Shown here piece after piece: positions 18,051 through 28,320 of a DNA stretch of 64,000 nt. The notes under the pieces were generated by a model that made no database searches, had not been told where the DNA came from, and saw only the letters and a program-made list of their open reading frames with translations. How positions within the stretch are numbered: position 1 is the stretch's first letter; every line of letters starts with the position of its first letter. Source of the DNA: a virus; IMG/VR virus record IMGVR_UViG_3300037231_000119, positions 98,447 through 162,446 of that record; one strand, 5' to 3'. The position numbers and the translations under genes are program-made.

Positions 18051-20390
18051 ATGCTCACTCTAAAATCGCTCGAGTTTCAAAATATAGGCCTGTTCACAGA
18101 AGAGCCTCAAGTCATTGATTTCACTAAATTAAGTAACCTGAATCAACTTGAGGGGAAGAATAATAACACCGGAGGCTCTTCAGGAGCTGCCAAAAGCACC
18201 GTCTTACGGGTTCTCCCCTGGCTACTAGGTCTTGATGGCTTACCAACTACAGAACTACAGTCTAGGTCCACGAAAGACAATATCTGGGCCATAGGTGTGT
18301 TCGATCTCGATGGCCAAGTATTGAAGATAGAAAGAAATAAAAAACTATCTATTGATATTGACGGTCATATTACAACGGGGTCCTCTAAAATTACAGACGA
18401 GAAATTAGATGAAATATTGGGTATGCCAAGAAGTCTCTTCTCTAAGATTCTGCATAAGAAGCAGGGGGAGGGGGGTTTTTTTCTAAACATGAAAGGGGCG
18501 GATACATTCAAATTCCTAACCTCATGTCTCGGATTGGAAAAAGAACAAGCTAAGATCCTTACCCTGGATACTAAGCTTAAAGATCTTGAAAAACAGGAAA
18601 TTGCCCTTAAGTCCGCCTACGATTCCCATCAGTCCGCTCTGCAAGCCACTCAAAACGCTATTTCCTCTATTGGCCACCCTCCAGTACTAGATACTGGACC
18701 CAATTCAATCATTGATCTGTATAGACAGCATGTGGTCGCCAAAGAATCTCACGACTTTCTTAAAACCCTTCATAGACAAGAATTGACCGATCTGGAAATT
18801 GCAAGGCCCGTATACACCTCTATCCCATTCGACCGTTCAGCCATCCTCTTTACCGAGGGCGAGATTCGTAAAATTCAGGAAAAGATCTCTGAACTTAATA
18901 GGAGTGAAGAGGAGCGTCAGCTAGCCCTAAAGTCCAAAATATCGGATCTTCGCATTGAAGCCAGTAAGTTAGAGAATGCCGAACTTACTAGACAAAGTGA
19001 AGTTAGAGCTAAAATCCAGGAATTACAGATTTCAATCAGCAATATTAAGAATTCTGAACAATCTAGAATCTCTGACGTTAAGCATAAGATTTTATCCAAT
19101 CGTGGAGAGTATGCCAGATTAATGTCGTCCGTAGATACTGGCAATAAGGCTAAAGAACAAGCCTCCGCGCTAATGAAGGAACTTCAAAAAGTTCGTGCAT
19201 CTATGTGCCCAACGTGCGAACAAAGTTGGATTACCGATGCTGCCAAAATCAAGGAAGGTACGATCCTAACCGAGCTAGGGTTTCTCAAGAAGCAAGTTGT
19301 GACTGGAATGGAATCCCAGGAAGTTCTAAAAACTATCGATCTGGACCACGAACGACTACTTTTGGATAGTATACCGATCAATTCGCCCAAAATTGATCAC
19401 CTTAATATACAGATCGAGCAACTCAAGTCCCAAGAACTGTCGGTTCTCAATCCCGAACTTACTGGACTTAATGTACATATAAGCCATCTCAGAGTAGAAT
19501 CTCAACCACAAGTAGTCCCTGAAGTTCTAGAATATAAGCTCGAGATCGATTTTAAGACCTCTATTCTGAACAATCTTCGTAAGGATGAGGCAGATCACCA
19601 GTTTAAGATAAGTGCCGAACAACAACTTATGGTTGTTAATCACACCGAAAAACAAACCAAACTTAGGGAGTCTCATGAAGTTGCTATCAATTCTGCTAGG
19701 ACTAAAGAGAATCAGGCTCTCCAGGATCTCCAGGCTGCTCAGAATAAGGTTCGGTCTTTTGAAGAGGCGAAGTTAAGGTTTGACGAATCTCACGGAAAAC
19801 TCTCTATGCAATTAATTTTGCATAGGGATAAGTCCGACCTTACCCATAAAGAACTACTGGCTATTCAAGAAGAAATCGAGCTTGCCACTGAAGCTAAAAA
19901 GGTAATAAAATCATATCTTTCGTGTTCCTTCGAAGACGCCTTGGACGGTATTGGAGATGCGGCCACTAAAAGGATCCGGATTATTCCTAATACAGCTACT
20001 GCCACTATAGAATTTGAGGGATTGAAAGAAAATGCTGATGGAAAAGTAAAAGAAGAAATAAACGCCATGATTAGCATGAATGGGGAAATTGGAATCCCCA
20101 TTAGAACTCTTTGCGGAGGAGAGCGCTCGAGCGCAGATTTGTCCGTAGACCTTTCCGTTATCCAGTTTATAGAAGAGCGCACCGGTAAGGGCATAGACGT
20201 AATGCAGCTCGACGAGTGTTTTCTTGGGCAAGATACGGTTTGTATTCAGGAAGCTATTGAAATGATCAGATCTTACGCCACCGAAAAGAAGGTTATTCTG
20301 ATCGACCACAATCCAATTATCGCCCAAACCATAGAAAGTAAAATAACCGTTATTCGTGATGGACAAACCAGCAAAGTGGTGCAACAATAA
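18051..20390 (+). CDS. sbcC: SbcC/Rad50-like SMC ATPase
   Basis: Walker A GSSGAAKST, coiled coils with a CPTC zinc hook, LCGGE signature, Walker B QLDE and an IDH H-loop. The ATG at 18051 is preferred over the track start. Confidence 0.9.
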   Translation: MLTLKSLEFQNIGLFTEEPQVIDFTKLSNLNQLEGKNNNTGGSSGAAKSTVLRVLPWLLGLDGLPTTELQSRSTKDNIWAIGVFDLDGQVLKIERNKKLSIDIDGHITTGSSKITDEKLDEILGMPRSLFSKILHKKQGEGGFFLNMKGADTFKFLTSCLGLEKEQAKILTLDTKLKDLEKQEIALKSAYDSHQSALQATQNAISSIGHPPVLDTGPNSIIDLYRQHVVAKESHDFLKTLHRQELTDLEIARPVYTSIPFDRSAILFTEGEIRKIQEKISELNRSEEERQLALKSKISDLRIEASKLENAELTRQSEVRAKIQELQISISNIKNSEQSRISDVKHKILSNRGEYARLMSSVDTGNKAKEQASALMKELQKVRASMCPTCEQSWITDAAKIKEGTILTELGFLKKQVVTGMESQEVLKTIDLDHERLLLDSIPINSPKIDHLNIQIEQLKSQELSVLNPELTGLNVHISHLRVESQPQVVPEVLEYKLEIDFKTSILNNLRKDEADHQFKISAEQQLMVVNHTEKQTKLRESHEVAINSARTKENQALQDLQAAQNKVRSFEEAKLRFDESHGKLSMQLILHRDKSDLTHKELLAIQEEIELATEAKKVIKSYLSCSFEDALDGIGDAATKRIRIIPNTATATIEFEGLKENADGKVKEEINAMISMNGEIGIPIRTLCGGERSSADLSVDLSVIQFIEERTGKGIDVMQLDECFLGQDTVCIQEAIEMIRSYATEKKVILIDHNPIIAQTIESKITVIRDGQTSKVVQQ

Positions 20391-20394
20391 AACT

Positions 20395-20817
20395 ATGAAT
20401 AAGACAATCCTACTCGAACTCACGGAAAAAGAAGCAGAAGTAGTAAGGAATGCGATTGAAAGAGAGGTTCATTATTGGGATAAGTTCGATCGTAGAGATG
20501 TTAGTGGAATCCTTATAGAAAATACTGTTAATTCTTGCAGATCAATCCAAGATAAGATAGTATTGGCTTCGGAACCATCAAAACATGTCTTGATTAACAA
20601 AAAGGACTTCTTTAATATAATGTCTATTGCCAAAGGCGAGTATCTATATCTGAACGGCAACATTCATATTTCTGGAGAAAAGATCGAAGAAAAGTATTTA
20701 GTTCATATTTCTATTGCAAATGCGGTAATCGTGTGGTTAAATAATAGTAGATTGCTTAAGAAACTTGCCGTATTTGACTATACGGATCATAGCTGCGACT
20801 ATGAGGAAATGGAATAA
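20395..20817 (+). CDS. Hypothetical protein
   Basis: ORF in the gene run; the start was moved to the first ATG after the sbcC stop. Confidence 0.5.
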   Translation: MNKTILLELTEKEAEVVRNAIEREVHYWDKFDRRDVSGILIENTVNSCRSIQDKIVLASEPSKHVLINKKDFFNIMSIAKGEYLYLNGNIHISGEKIEEKYLVHISIANAVIVWLNNSRLLKKLAVFDYTDHSCDYEEME

Positions 20818-20818
20818 T

Positions 20819-21172
20819 ATGTTTGTATTTGGAAAGAAAAAGAGAACTACGAAAGAAATACTAAGCGACTACTTTATCATTACTAAGGAGGACGCCAAAA
20901 ATCTTTTCGAGGGTAAAGTCCTACTAAACAAAGAATACGATTTCGATAATCTTTATGCCTATAATGTAAAGAGCCTTGTTGAGAAAAATAACGAAATCTT
21001 GCTTACGTTATGCAAAGATAACTTGGTGGGCGAGATTCGATTTTGTGAAAATCTTGATGGAAACGAAAAATCGGAAGGCACTTACAGATTTTCACAAATT
21101 GTGAACGGTCGAGTAGTAGCCGCTCTAAAGAAAAATGAATTGCTGTTTACGGCAGATAAATTAGGAGAATAA
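20819..21172 (+). CDS. Hypothetical protein
   Basis: ORF in the gene run (MFVFGKK...). Confidence 0.5.
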   Translation: MFVFGKKKRTTKEILSDYFIITKEDAKNLFEGKVLLNKEYDFDNLYAYNVKSLVEKNNEILLTLCKDNLVGEIRFCENLDGNEKSEGTYRFSQIVNGRVVAALKKNELLFTADKLGE

Positions 21173-21173
21173 T

Positions 21174-21386
21174 ATGTTTGATACGCATAAGTTGAATGAA
21201 ACGGGATTTGAAGCAGTTAAGAATTTTAAGACTTTGATGTCCAAAGCGGTCCAAGAAGCGTTGACCTATCTGCCAGAAGGTCGAGAACGATCCGTTTTCG
21301 TCACCAAACTGGAAGAGGCGATGTTTTTCGGTACGAAGGCGATTGCGTCTAAGCCAGAAAACCACACTGAAATCACTAAGTACTAA
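21174..21386 (+). CDS. Acb2/Tad1-like helical-hairpin protein (putative anti-defence nucleotide sponge)
   Basis: MFDTH...[26 protein letters not shown] matches the P.gRE.s.a.TKLEEa.mw...AIA pattern of the family. Confidence 0.65.
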   Translation: MFDTHKLNETGFEAVKNFKTLMSKAVQEALTYLPEGRERSVFVTKLEEAMFFGTKAIASKPENHTEITKY

Positions 21387-21397
21387 AGGAGAATTAA

Positions 21398-21700
21398 ATG
21401 GGACGACCTAAGAAAGAGCCATTGACCGAGAATCAGAAACTTGCCAAACGGATCGGCCCAGATGCCGAAGACGTTCTTAAGGAACTCGAGGCCATGGATG
21501 TTGCTGACCTTAACAAACGGATCGCAGTTTCAAATACTGCAATTTCTGACACCAAAGCTGAGCTTAACGAGAATGCTGAATATACTCAAGCTAAAGAAGA
21601 CGTGAAACTCCTCAGTTCAGGATTCCGAGAAGTAAAGACTCGCCAGAATGCTATCATTGCGGTCTGCGTTCAACTTCGTAAGGATAAGGGCATTACTTGA
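21398..21700 (+). CDS. Coiled-coil hypothetical protein
   Basis: AAGGAG SD; 100 aa. Confidence 0.6.
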   Translation: MGRPKKEPLTENQKLAKRIGPDAEDVLKELEAMDVADLNKRIAVSNTAISDTKAELNENAEYTQAKEDVKLLSSGFREVKTRQNAIIAVCVQLRKDKGIT

Positions 21701-22200
21701 TCTCCATCATAGCCTGCATGACTCAAGGCGGAGTCATTGGATCTGGCAACGCACTTCCTTGGGATCTTCCTGAGGATATGAAGCGGTTCAGGGAACTAAC
21801 TACTGGGCATCCAGTAATTATGGGCCGTAAGACTCACGAATCTATTGGGCATGTTCTTCCTAATAGAACAAATATCGTGGTCTCCAGGATTGGATATGTA
21901 GCTAAAGAGGGATTATATAATAGGGATAAGCTAGGCCCATTAGACATAAATATGGCCCTAGAAATAGCTAAGGAATCGCCTGGATCAGAAGAGATTTTCA
22001 TTATCGGCGGTGGCGAAATTTACAGTCAAATCATTGATTTGGTTGACAAACTATATCTGACTATCATAAATAGGGACATACCGGGAGATACCTATTTTCC
22101 GGAAATTGACTACAGCCAGTTTGATATGCAAATGAAGGGATGTTTCTGGAATAGGGATTTCGAATATTATTTTTTAACTTTGGAAAGGAAAAAGTCATGA
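21697..22200 (+). CDS. folA: Dihydrofolate reductase
   Basis: VIG..NALPWDLPEDMKRF...VIMGRKTHESIG..LPNRTNIV, IIGGGEIY and GDTYFP. Confidence 0.95.
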   Translation: MISIIACMTQGGVIGSGNALPWDLPEDMKRFRELTTGHPVIMGRKTHESIGHVLPNRTNIVVSRIGYVAKEGLYNRDKLGPLDINMALEIAKESPGSEEIFIIGGGEIYSQIIDLVDKLYLTIINRDIPGDTYFPEIDYSQFDMQMKGCFWNRDFEYYFLTLERKKS

Positions 22201-22487
22201 AAAGTAGAGATTTTTGTTACTGGCTTCAGGGATGGTTTGAGCTAAACGGCACAGTTGATCATAGAGACGGGGCAACGCCCGAGACGATGGCCATGATTAA
22301 GAACCACCTCGCCATGGTCTTTAAACACGACATTGATCCCTCAAATGGGGATAAGAAACACAATGAGGAACTGTCTGAGATTCATAAGGGACAAGTTCAT
22401 ATTCCTCGGCCTGACGGGGCTGGCGGGAGTGGCAATCCTGGTGACCGACTTGTATCGCTAAATCCGACGCAAATACTTAATTGCTAG
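22197..22487 (+). CDS. Conserved phage hypothetical protein
   Basis: FCYWLQG.FEL...IKNHL.MVF pattern seen in phage proteins of unknown function. Confidence 0.6.
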   Translation: MKSRDFCYWLQGWFELNGTVDHRDGATPETMAMIKNHLAMVFKHDIDPSNGDKKHNEELSEIHKGQVHIPRPDGAGGSGNPGDRLVSLNPTQILNC

Positions 22488-22494
22488 GACCCCC

Positions 22495-22839
22495 ATGACC
22501 GAAATTACCTTAAAAGAAGTAGAGGTTTCCAAAATCAACCTTAAACCGGGCGATATTCTTGGAGTTACCATTAAGGACGACGATATTAACTCTATCAAGC
22601 TAGAAGAACTCAGAAACAGATTTCAGGAACTATTCCCTTATAATCAGGTTCTTATGTTCGGCGTAGGTCCCGAAAATGAAGTTAGATTTTCAGTTATTGG
22701 TTCTCCTACAAAGAATATTGGATGTGGAACTCAATCCTACTGTTCTGACTGCAGTTGCGGTAAAAAGGAACGAAACGAAGCGACGGATCAGTTGACTGCC
22801 GAAACAGAGAAATTGGACTTATATAAAAATGATTTCTGA
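22495..22839 (+). CDS. Hypothetical protein
   Basis: ORF with a C-terminal Cys cluster. Confidence 0.55.
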   Translation: MTEITLKEVEVSKINLKPGDILGVTIKDDDINSIKLEELRNRFQELFPYNQVLMFGVGPENEVRFSVIGSPTKNIGCGTQSYCSDCSCGKKERNEATDQLTAETEKLDLYKNDF

Positions 22840-23494
22840 ACGTATTCTTTCAATCGATCTCAGCTCAAAAACAGGCTGGGCCTCTATGGTCAGTTCTGAT
22901 TCTGGGATCGTATTGGAAGAATACGGTACGCTTCCTCAAATACATAAGCCCGATGGCTATTATCCCGCCGACTACGTTTTATGGGCCCATGCGGTCTTTG
23001 AGGAAATTGAGAAATTGATCTTAAGGTTCAAACCCACCATATTGGCCATCGAAGAGACCGTTGGAGGAAGTAAATCGGTATATAGCCAGAAGTTTCTCGA
23101 ATGGTCGCATTTTTTACTTGCTTCTTATATAAAAAACACGAATACTAAGGCTGTGTACTTATTGACAGGTGCTTGGAGAAGCGAAGTGGGCTGTAAGATG
23201 ACCAAAGAAGAGTCGCTGCATAATAAGGAAGTTAAAAAGTACAAAGAAAGTAACAATACCAAGATAGCCCGTGATATAAACGGTAAACGTATAGGCAAAC
23301 TGACAAAGAAGCACATTAACGTTAGACGAGCAAATGAAATTTTTGGCCCTTTCTTGAAAGAGCCGCTTAGGAAAAAAGACGAAGATCAGGCGGACGCCCT
23401 TTTACTTGGATTTGCGTTGCATTTACGCAGACTTAAGGGTAATGATAAATCTGAAGAAGTTAGCATGGAAGATATTATTAAGGATTCAATATGA
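22829..23494 (+). CDS. RuvC-like Holliday junction resolvase
   Basis: ILSIDLSSKTGWA, LAIEE and DQADA acidic motifs. Confidence 0.75.
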   Translation: MISERILSIDLSSKTGWASMVSSDSGIVLEEYGTLPQIHKPDGYYPADYVLWAHAVFEEIEKLILRFKPTILAIEETVGGSKSVYSQKFLEWSHFLLASYIKNTNTKAVYLLTGAWRSEVGCKMTKEESLHNKEVKKYKESNNTKIARDINGKRIGKLTKKHINVRRANEIFGPFLKEPLRKKDEDQADALLLGFALHLRRLKGNDKSEEVSMEDIIKDSI

Positions 23495-24357
23495 GCGATT
23501 TCTGGAATAAAAAAGCTACTCCGCAGCCAAAGCCATGGGAAGCCCCTGCGGTTCAGGCCCCTGCTCAAGAAGTTATTCTGGATGAAGAGGCCATGTCCGA
23601 ACTCCAGGAAGATCCGGAATTGGACATATTTCAGGAAGAGGAAGATGACACTTTTGAAATAATGAGTGACGCCGGACTTCGTTTAGAACAGGGAAGGCTC
23701 TACCAGATGATTCTGCAGCATGATCTTTTTGGGGTGACCGATGCTGATCCAAAAGCCATTCGTAATGTCCAACGGGAGATTCGTAAGTTCGTAAGAGAAC
23801 GAATGGAAATAATGCTTGGTATTAGGCAAGAGCAGGCTATCCAGGAAACTATCGTATCTTCCCCCTTTAATGATCTGGAAGTAACGGTCCTTAAGATGTT
23901 GGCCGATAAGATGTCTAAGGGGCAAACTAGTCAAAGTCAGCCTCCCACTCCAGCCCCAGTTCCTGTAGCGCCCAAAAAGGACGGTATTTCTTCCATTAGT
24001 GGTCAGCTTAGGCCCAATACGAATCCAGCCCCTATTGGTAAACCACTCTCTAAGACCGGCAAGGTTATTCCCAAAGCGACCGTTCCAGCTAAACCAGCCG
24101 CCAAGCCAGTTCAAACCAAGAGCGCCCTTAAGCCTGACGAATCGGTCCTTCAGAAACCAGTGGAAGAAATGACTCAGGAAGAGCTTGCGGCTTATGAGGC
24201 AGCAGCTTTTGAGAGAAGGTCTAAAAATAAGGCAGCAATGCCAAATAACTTAGTTCCGCATCCAACACCACAGGCGCTAGAAATGCTCTACGCTTCACAA
24301 GTTCAACAAGTGTCCTCAGGCCCATTGGGCAACCTATTAGCATTAACCAGTCGATAA
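23491..24357 (+). CDS. Hypothetical protein with Pro/Lys-rich linker
   Basis: Long ORF with an ATGA overlap. Confidence 0.65.
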   Translation: MSDFWNKKATPQPKPWEAPAVQAPAQEVILDEEAMSELQEDPELDIFQEEEDDTFEIMSDAGLRLEQGRLYQMILQHDLFGVTDADPKAIRNVQREIRKFVRERMEIMLGIRQEQAIQETIVSSPFNDLEVTVLKMLADKMSKGQTSQSQPPTPAPVPVAPKKDGISSISGQLRPNTNPAPIGKPLSKTGKVIPKATVPAKPAAKPVQTKSALKPDESVLQKPVEEMTQEELAAYEAAAFERRSKNKAAMPNNLVPHPTPQALEMLYASQVQQVSSGPLGNLLALTSR

Positions 24358-24372
24358 ACAAGGAGATAGTAA

Positions 24373-25071
24373 ATGTCAGAAGATAAACGTACCGCAACTC
24401 AAAAGATCGAAGACCTAGAGAAGGTCGTAACCATGCTTTACCAAAGCACCTCACAGATCAAAAACGCTGTTGAGAATTTGCTAAAGAGTCAGGCTGAGAT
24501 GGGATTAGTTAGAGATGCGTTGAAATTACTCAACAAGAAGACTGAGGCCATTATTCAGGCTGCGGCACCAGAGACCGGTATCACAGTTGCCGCAGTGTCT
24601 AATCTGGTCATCGCCATGAATGTTGAGGATCTCAAGGCTCAGGTCGCGGGTTATGTCGCTTCTGGTCATCTCGCCCCAACTGATGAAGTCGCCGATAATA
24701 CCTATTTGGTCTGCGAAGAGTATAATGCTGACGGCACCGTCGCGAATCCTCGTATCCAGTTCCGCCTTGATTCACAAGATCAAGAGACTGGAGAGCTTCT
24801 TAAGGGCAAGAAGGTCGGAGACGCAGTTTCCTTTGGCGAGAACAAGTTCTCAGCTAAGATCCTGGAACTCTACACCCTTACTGAACCTAAGGCTCCGGAA
24901 GCTTCTGAAGCTCCCGCAGCGGAGACTCCTCCTGCTGAGACGACCGAAGCTCCCGCTGCTGCACCTGCCGAGGCCGCTCCCGCTCCAGAAACGATCTCTC
25001 CTCCTACTGAAAGTCCAGTAGTTGTGTTCGTTCCTTCCGAGCCAGGCAATATGGTTACGGCTGCTAGCTAA
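24373..25071 (+). CDS. Hypothetical protein (coiled coil, GreA/FKBP-like C-terminal segment, Ala/Pro tail)
   Basis: AAGGAG SD. LLKGKKVGDAVSF...KILELY weakly resembles the Gre-factor C-terminal domain. Confidence 0.55.
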   Translation: MSEDKRTATQKIEDLEKVVTMLYQSTSQIKNAVENLLKSQAEMGLVRDALKLLNKKTEAIIQAAAPETGITVAAVSNLVIAMNVEDLKAQVAGYVASGHLAPTDEVADNTYLVCEEYNADGTVANPRIQFRLDSQDQETGELLKGKKVGDAVSFGENKFSAKILELYTLTEPKAPEASEAPAAETPPAETTEAPAAAPAEAAPAPETISPPTESPVVVFVPSEPGNMVTAAS

Positions 25072-25153
25072 TTTCGCCATGTGTATGGTGTGAAGGTATC
25101 TGAGTTACTGGCTCCTTTGGGGCTGGTAACTTATGATAACTAAAGGATTTTTA

Positions 25154-25987
25154 ATGAAAAAGTTTGAAGGCCTTAAAATACTTGTCCTGGACATTGAAAC
25201 CTCCCCACTTCTGGTATGGTGTTGGGGTCTTTTTGATCAGAATATTGGACTTAACCAAATTAAGCAGGACTGGAACGTACTTAGTTTTTCTGCTAAATGG
25301 TACGAGGGTCGGAATAAGAAAGTTTATGGCCCAAACAATAAAGTAATCTACCACAGCTTAGCCAATAAAAAGGACAAGACTGACGACAGGGATCTCCTAG
25401 AAGAAGTTTGGAAGTTGTTGGATGAGTGCGACATCCTCCTTACTCAAAATGGGGTTCGCTTTGACAATAAGAAACTCAATGCGCGGTTCGCTCTCCATGG
25501 TATGAAGCCCCCTAGTAGTTTTAAGCATATCGACACACTTCAGATCGTAAAAAGAAACTTTGCCTTAACTTCCAATAAGTTGGAGTATCTTTCGGATAAG
25601 TTCTGTACCAAATACAAGAAGATGACCGAGAGAGAGTTTGCTGGTTTCAGTCTATGGAAGGAGTGTCTGGCTAATAATAAGCGGGCTTGGGCCGAAATGA
25701 AAAAGTATAACTCGTACGACATTTTGTCCCTAGAGGAGCTTTATCAGAAAATTGGCAATTGGGACACCTCAATTGATTTCAATGTTTATTCCGATAGCCT
25801 TGAGACCGTCTGCAAGTGTGGATCTAAAGAGTTTAAGAGCAAGGGCTACCATTATACGTCAGTTGGTAAGTTTAGTCGATCAAAATGTGTAAAGTGTGGC
25901 GCTGAGACTCGCGGACGCAAGAACCTACTTACTAAAGAAAAGAAGGAAACTGTTAGGACTGGAACTCCAAGGAATAGCTCAAAGTAA
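25154..25987 (+). CDS. DEDDy/RNase H-fold 3'-5' exonuclease with C-terminal zinc ribbon
   Basis: LDIETS, QNGVRFD, HIDTL, YNSYD, and CKCGS...CVKCG. Confidence 0.85.
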   Translation: MKKFEGLKILVLDIETSPLLVWCWGLFDQNIGLNQIKQDWNVLSFSAKWYEGRNKKVYGPNNKVIYHSLANKKDKTDDRDLLEEVWKLLDECDILLTQNGVRFDNKKLNARFALHGMKPPSSFKHIDTLQIVKRNFALTSNKLEYLSDKFCTKYKKMTEREFAGFSLWKECLANNKRAWAEMKKYNSYDILSLEELYQKIGNWDTSIDFNVYSDSLETVCKCGSKEFKSKGYHYTSVGKFSRSKCVKCGAETRGRKNLLTKEKKETVRTGTPRNSSK

Positions 25988-26024
25988 GAGTCCATGATAT
26001 ACTAGGTCTAAAGGATGGACTAAA

Positions 26025-26417
26025 ATGGCGAGTAAAAACGAACAACTAGAGCAACTCAGTAAGGCCATTGCCGATGCCGATATTCGCCTAAAGTCCATCC
26101 AGATGAATATCGAGAAGATAAGTGCTGAAATTTCAGTACTATCCCCTAAAAAGAGCGAACTTAAACAAAATATTGAGTTTCATAAAAAAGAGGGTACTGT
26201 CCCTATTGCTCATGAATTTAAGAAGGCTCGAGCTGAACTTTCTAAGACTACGGCTAGACTTATCTTACTTACTTCAGACCTAAAGAAATCGCAAGAAGCG
26301 TGCCAACAAGTAATAGAAATAATTGATAAGTTTAAGAATGACCAGGCGGCTCTACTTAAAACCAGCGAAAATAATGTATTGAGACCAAAGTTTGGAGCTA
26401 ACCGTGGACAAGAATGA
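26025..26417 (+). CDS. Coiled-coil hypothetical protein
   Basis: Heptad pattern; extended -10 (TGATATACT) upstream. Confidence 0.6.
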   Translation: MASKNEQLEQLSKAIADADIRLKSIQMNIEKISAEISVLSPKKSELKQNIEFHKKEGTVPIAHEFKKARAELSKTTARLILLTSDLKKSQEACQQVIEIIDKFKNDQAALLKTSENNVLRPKFGANRGQE

Positions 26418-26631
26418 AATGCAGGCTAAGATCAGGACCGTTGAGGACTTCATTCATTCCCCGAAGCATAAAAATAGCTTAGAGAATTTCCTTGCTAAAA
26501 ATGAGAACTTCTTGGAGAATGGAACAATAGGGCGGCTTTTGATGATGTCGCCTGACGAGGTAGAAGCTATCTACCAAGAGTCCATTAAAGAATTCAAGAA
26601 GGAAATGAACCAAGATGGGGAATCGGATTGA
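26404..26631 (+). CDS. Small protein resembling sigma region 4.2
   Basis: IGRLLMMSPDEVEAIYQESIKEFK aligns in register with VGKQFDVTRERIRQIEAKALRKLR. GTG start after GGAG. Confidence 0.45.
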   Translation: MDKNEMQAKIRTVEDFIHSPKHKNSLENFLAKNENFLENGTIGRLLMMSPDEVEAIYQESIKEFKKEMNQDGESD

Positions 26632-27253
26632 GGTCTTTGCAGATGGCAGCGCCACCACGAAAGATAATCCGGGAGGGTGGGCCAGTGTGGTCCTTTTCGA
26701 TGGGATCCTTCATAAAGAACTCTCGGGGCATCTAGAATCGGCCACAAACAACGACGCCGAGCTTCACGCTGCAATAAATGGCCTAGACTACGTAATGGAC
26801 TACGTACGTGTTTTTAATGGCACCTTTCCACATTTAGATATAGAAAGCGTCACACTAATTTCGGACTCCCAAATAATTCTGAACTGGGCTAACGGATCTT
26901 ATAGGTTTAAGCAGGAAGACAAGCTCCATCTTTACAATAAGTTGCGTGATTTAGTACAAACTCTAAACGCCAAAACAAAATGGGTCAAGGGGCACAGCGG
27001 TCATGTATGGAACGAACGCTGCGATCACTTAGCCAACTTGGCCCGTAAGAAGATCCCAGAAGCTCCTTCAGATAAGGTCATTAACATCAATCAGTCCCTC
27101 ATCGGCACTAAAAAGACAGGCACCTGTTCTATTTGGTATGGCGGGGTTCTAAAGGTTATTGACTTTTCGCAAGGCTTAGTAGAGACTTATAATAGAGATG
27201 TCCACGGAAAACGTGGATCTGTAATTGAGATTAGAGAAGGGAAAGAACGATGA
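26615..27253 (+). CDS. rnhA: Ribonuclease HI
   Basis: FADGS...NPGGW, TNNDAEL, SDSQ, WVKGHSG..WNERCDHLA. Confidence 0.92.
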   Translation: MGNRIEVFADGSATTKDNPGGWASVVLFDGILHKELSGHLESATNNDAELHAAINGLDYVMDYVRVFNGTFPHLDIESVTLISDSQIILNWANGSYRFKQEDKLHLYNKLRDLVQTLNAKTKWVKGHSGHVWNERCDHLANLARKKIPEAPSDKVININQSLIGTKKTGTCSIWYGGVLKVIDFSQGLVETYNRDVHGKRGSVIEIREGKER

Positions 27254-27435
27254 ATATGGACGACCCCAAAGTAAAAGAATCTCTCGGTAAAAGCATCCAG
27301 GAGCTTATTATTATGCCTAGTGAAGAGTTTAGGCAATATATGGACGAAGCCACCAAGAATTTGGTTGATCTGAGCACTTATCAAGACGACAATTTCACTG
27401 GTGTTTTCTCTGCAGAATTCTTGAGGGAGACATAA
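27250..27435 (+). CDS. Hypothetical protein
   Basis: Short ORF with an ATGA overlap. Confidence 0.5.
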   Translation: MNMDDPKVKESLGKSIQELIIMPSEEFRQYMDEATKNLVDLSTYQDDNFTGVFSAEFLRET

Positions 27436-27521
27436 GCTTATATGGGACGAACGGTGCTGAACAAGAGAGATTACATAATTTCTCAATTGACATCAAACAA
27501 TATACGGGTCAATATTGGGAT

Positions 27522-28157
27522 ATGAGTGATACTTATTTTGTAGCCATGGATTCAGAAACCGGATCTCTACGCGCAAAGCAGGGCGACATTCTAAGCCTGT
27601 ACATGGCTGTAGTTACTGAAGATTTTAGGGTCATTGACGAACTCGATCTTAAACTAAAGCCAAATGATCGTTTACCTATTGCCGATCCAGGAGCTTTGGC
27701 GGTTAATAAAATCGATCTGCAGAAGCATCTTCAGGACCCAAATACCGTGACTTATGCCGAAGCTAAGACCAAAATTGTAGCGTTTGCTAAGAAGTATCTT
27801 AAGAAGAAGGGCCGTTACAGCAACTTGATTGTTTTGGGTCAAAATGTGATGTTCGACTTGAAATTTATTTGGGAATATATCATTCCGGAAGAAGAGTGGG
27901 AAACCCTATTTAGCTACAACGTGGAAGATACAAAAACCGCGTCTCTATTCCTTAAACGTTGTGGATGGCTTCCTAAAGAAATTGGCACATTGAAGAGTCT
28001 AGTTGAATACTTCAACATCCCTCGTCGTGAAGCTCACGAAGCTAAGGGTGACGTGCATATGACAATTGACGTCTATCGTGAGCTTATTAAGCTTATGGAA
28101 AGTAAAAAAGAGAATGGTTCTAGCCAAGACATTATTAGCTTATTGGAGGCAGAATGA
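27522..28157 (+). CDS. DEDDh 3'-5' exonuclease (DnaQ/epsilon-like)
   Basis: MDSETG, GQNVMFD, EDT and HEAKGD. Confidence 0.85.
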   Translation: MSDTYFVAMDSETGSLRAKQGDILSLYMAVVTEDFRVIDELDLKLKPNDRLPIADPGALAVNKIDLQKHLQDPNTVTYAEAKTKIVAFAKKYLKKKGRYSNLIVLGQNVMFDLKFIWEYIIPEEEWETLFSYNVEDTKTASLFLKRCGWLPKEIGTLKSLVEYFNIPRREAHEAKGDVHMTIDVYRELIKLMESKKENGSSQDIISLLEAE

Positions 28158-28320
28158 GTCGGACTAAGAAGGGACAAAAATCTCCGGGTTATGAATATTG
28201 GAGTAAGCGTCCCAACTCTATGTCTAATCCAGGAAAAGTTTCTAAAAATATTACCCATCGTAAAGAAAGGGCTGAATCTAAAAAGGCTGTTCATAAAGCC
28301 AAAAAAGAAGTGGAGACGGA

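Noticed and set aside
24373-25071. GreA/GreB transcription factor call
   Set aside because: Only a short GKKVGD similarity is present; the conserved acidic GDLSEN tip is absent.
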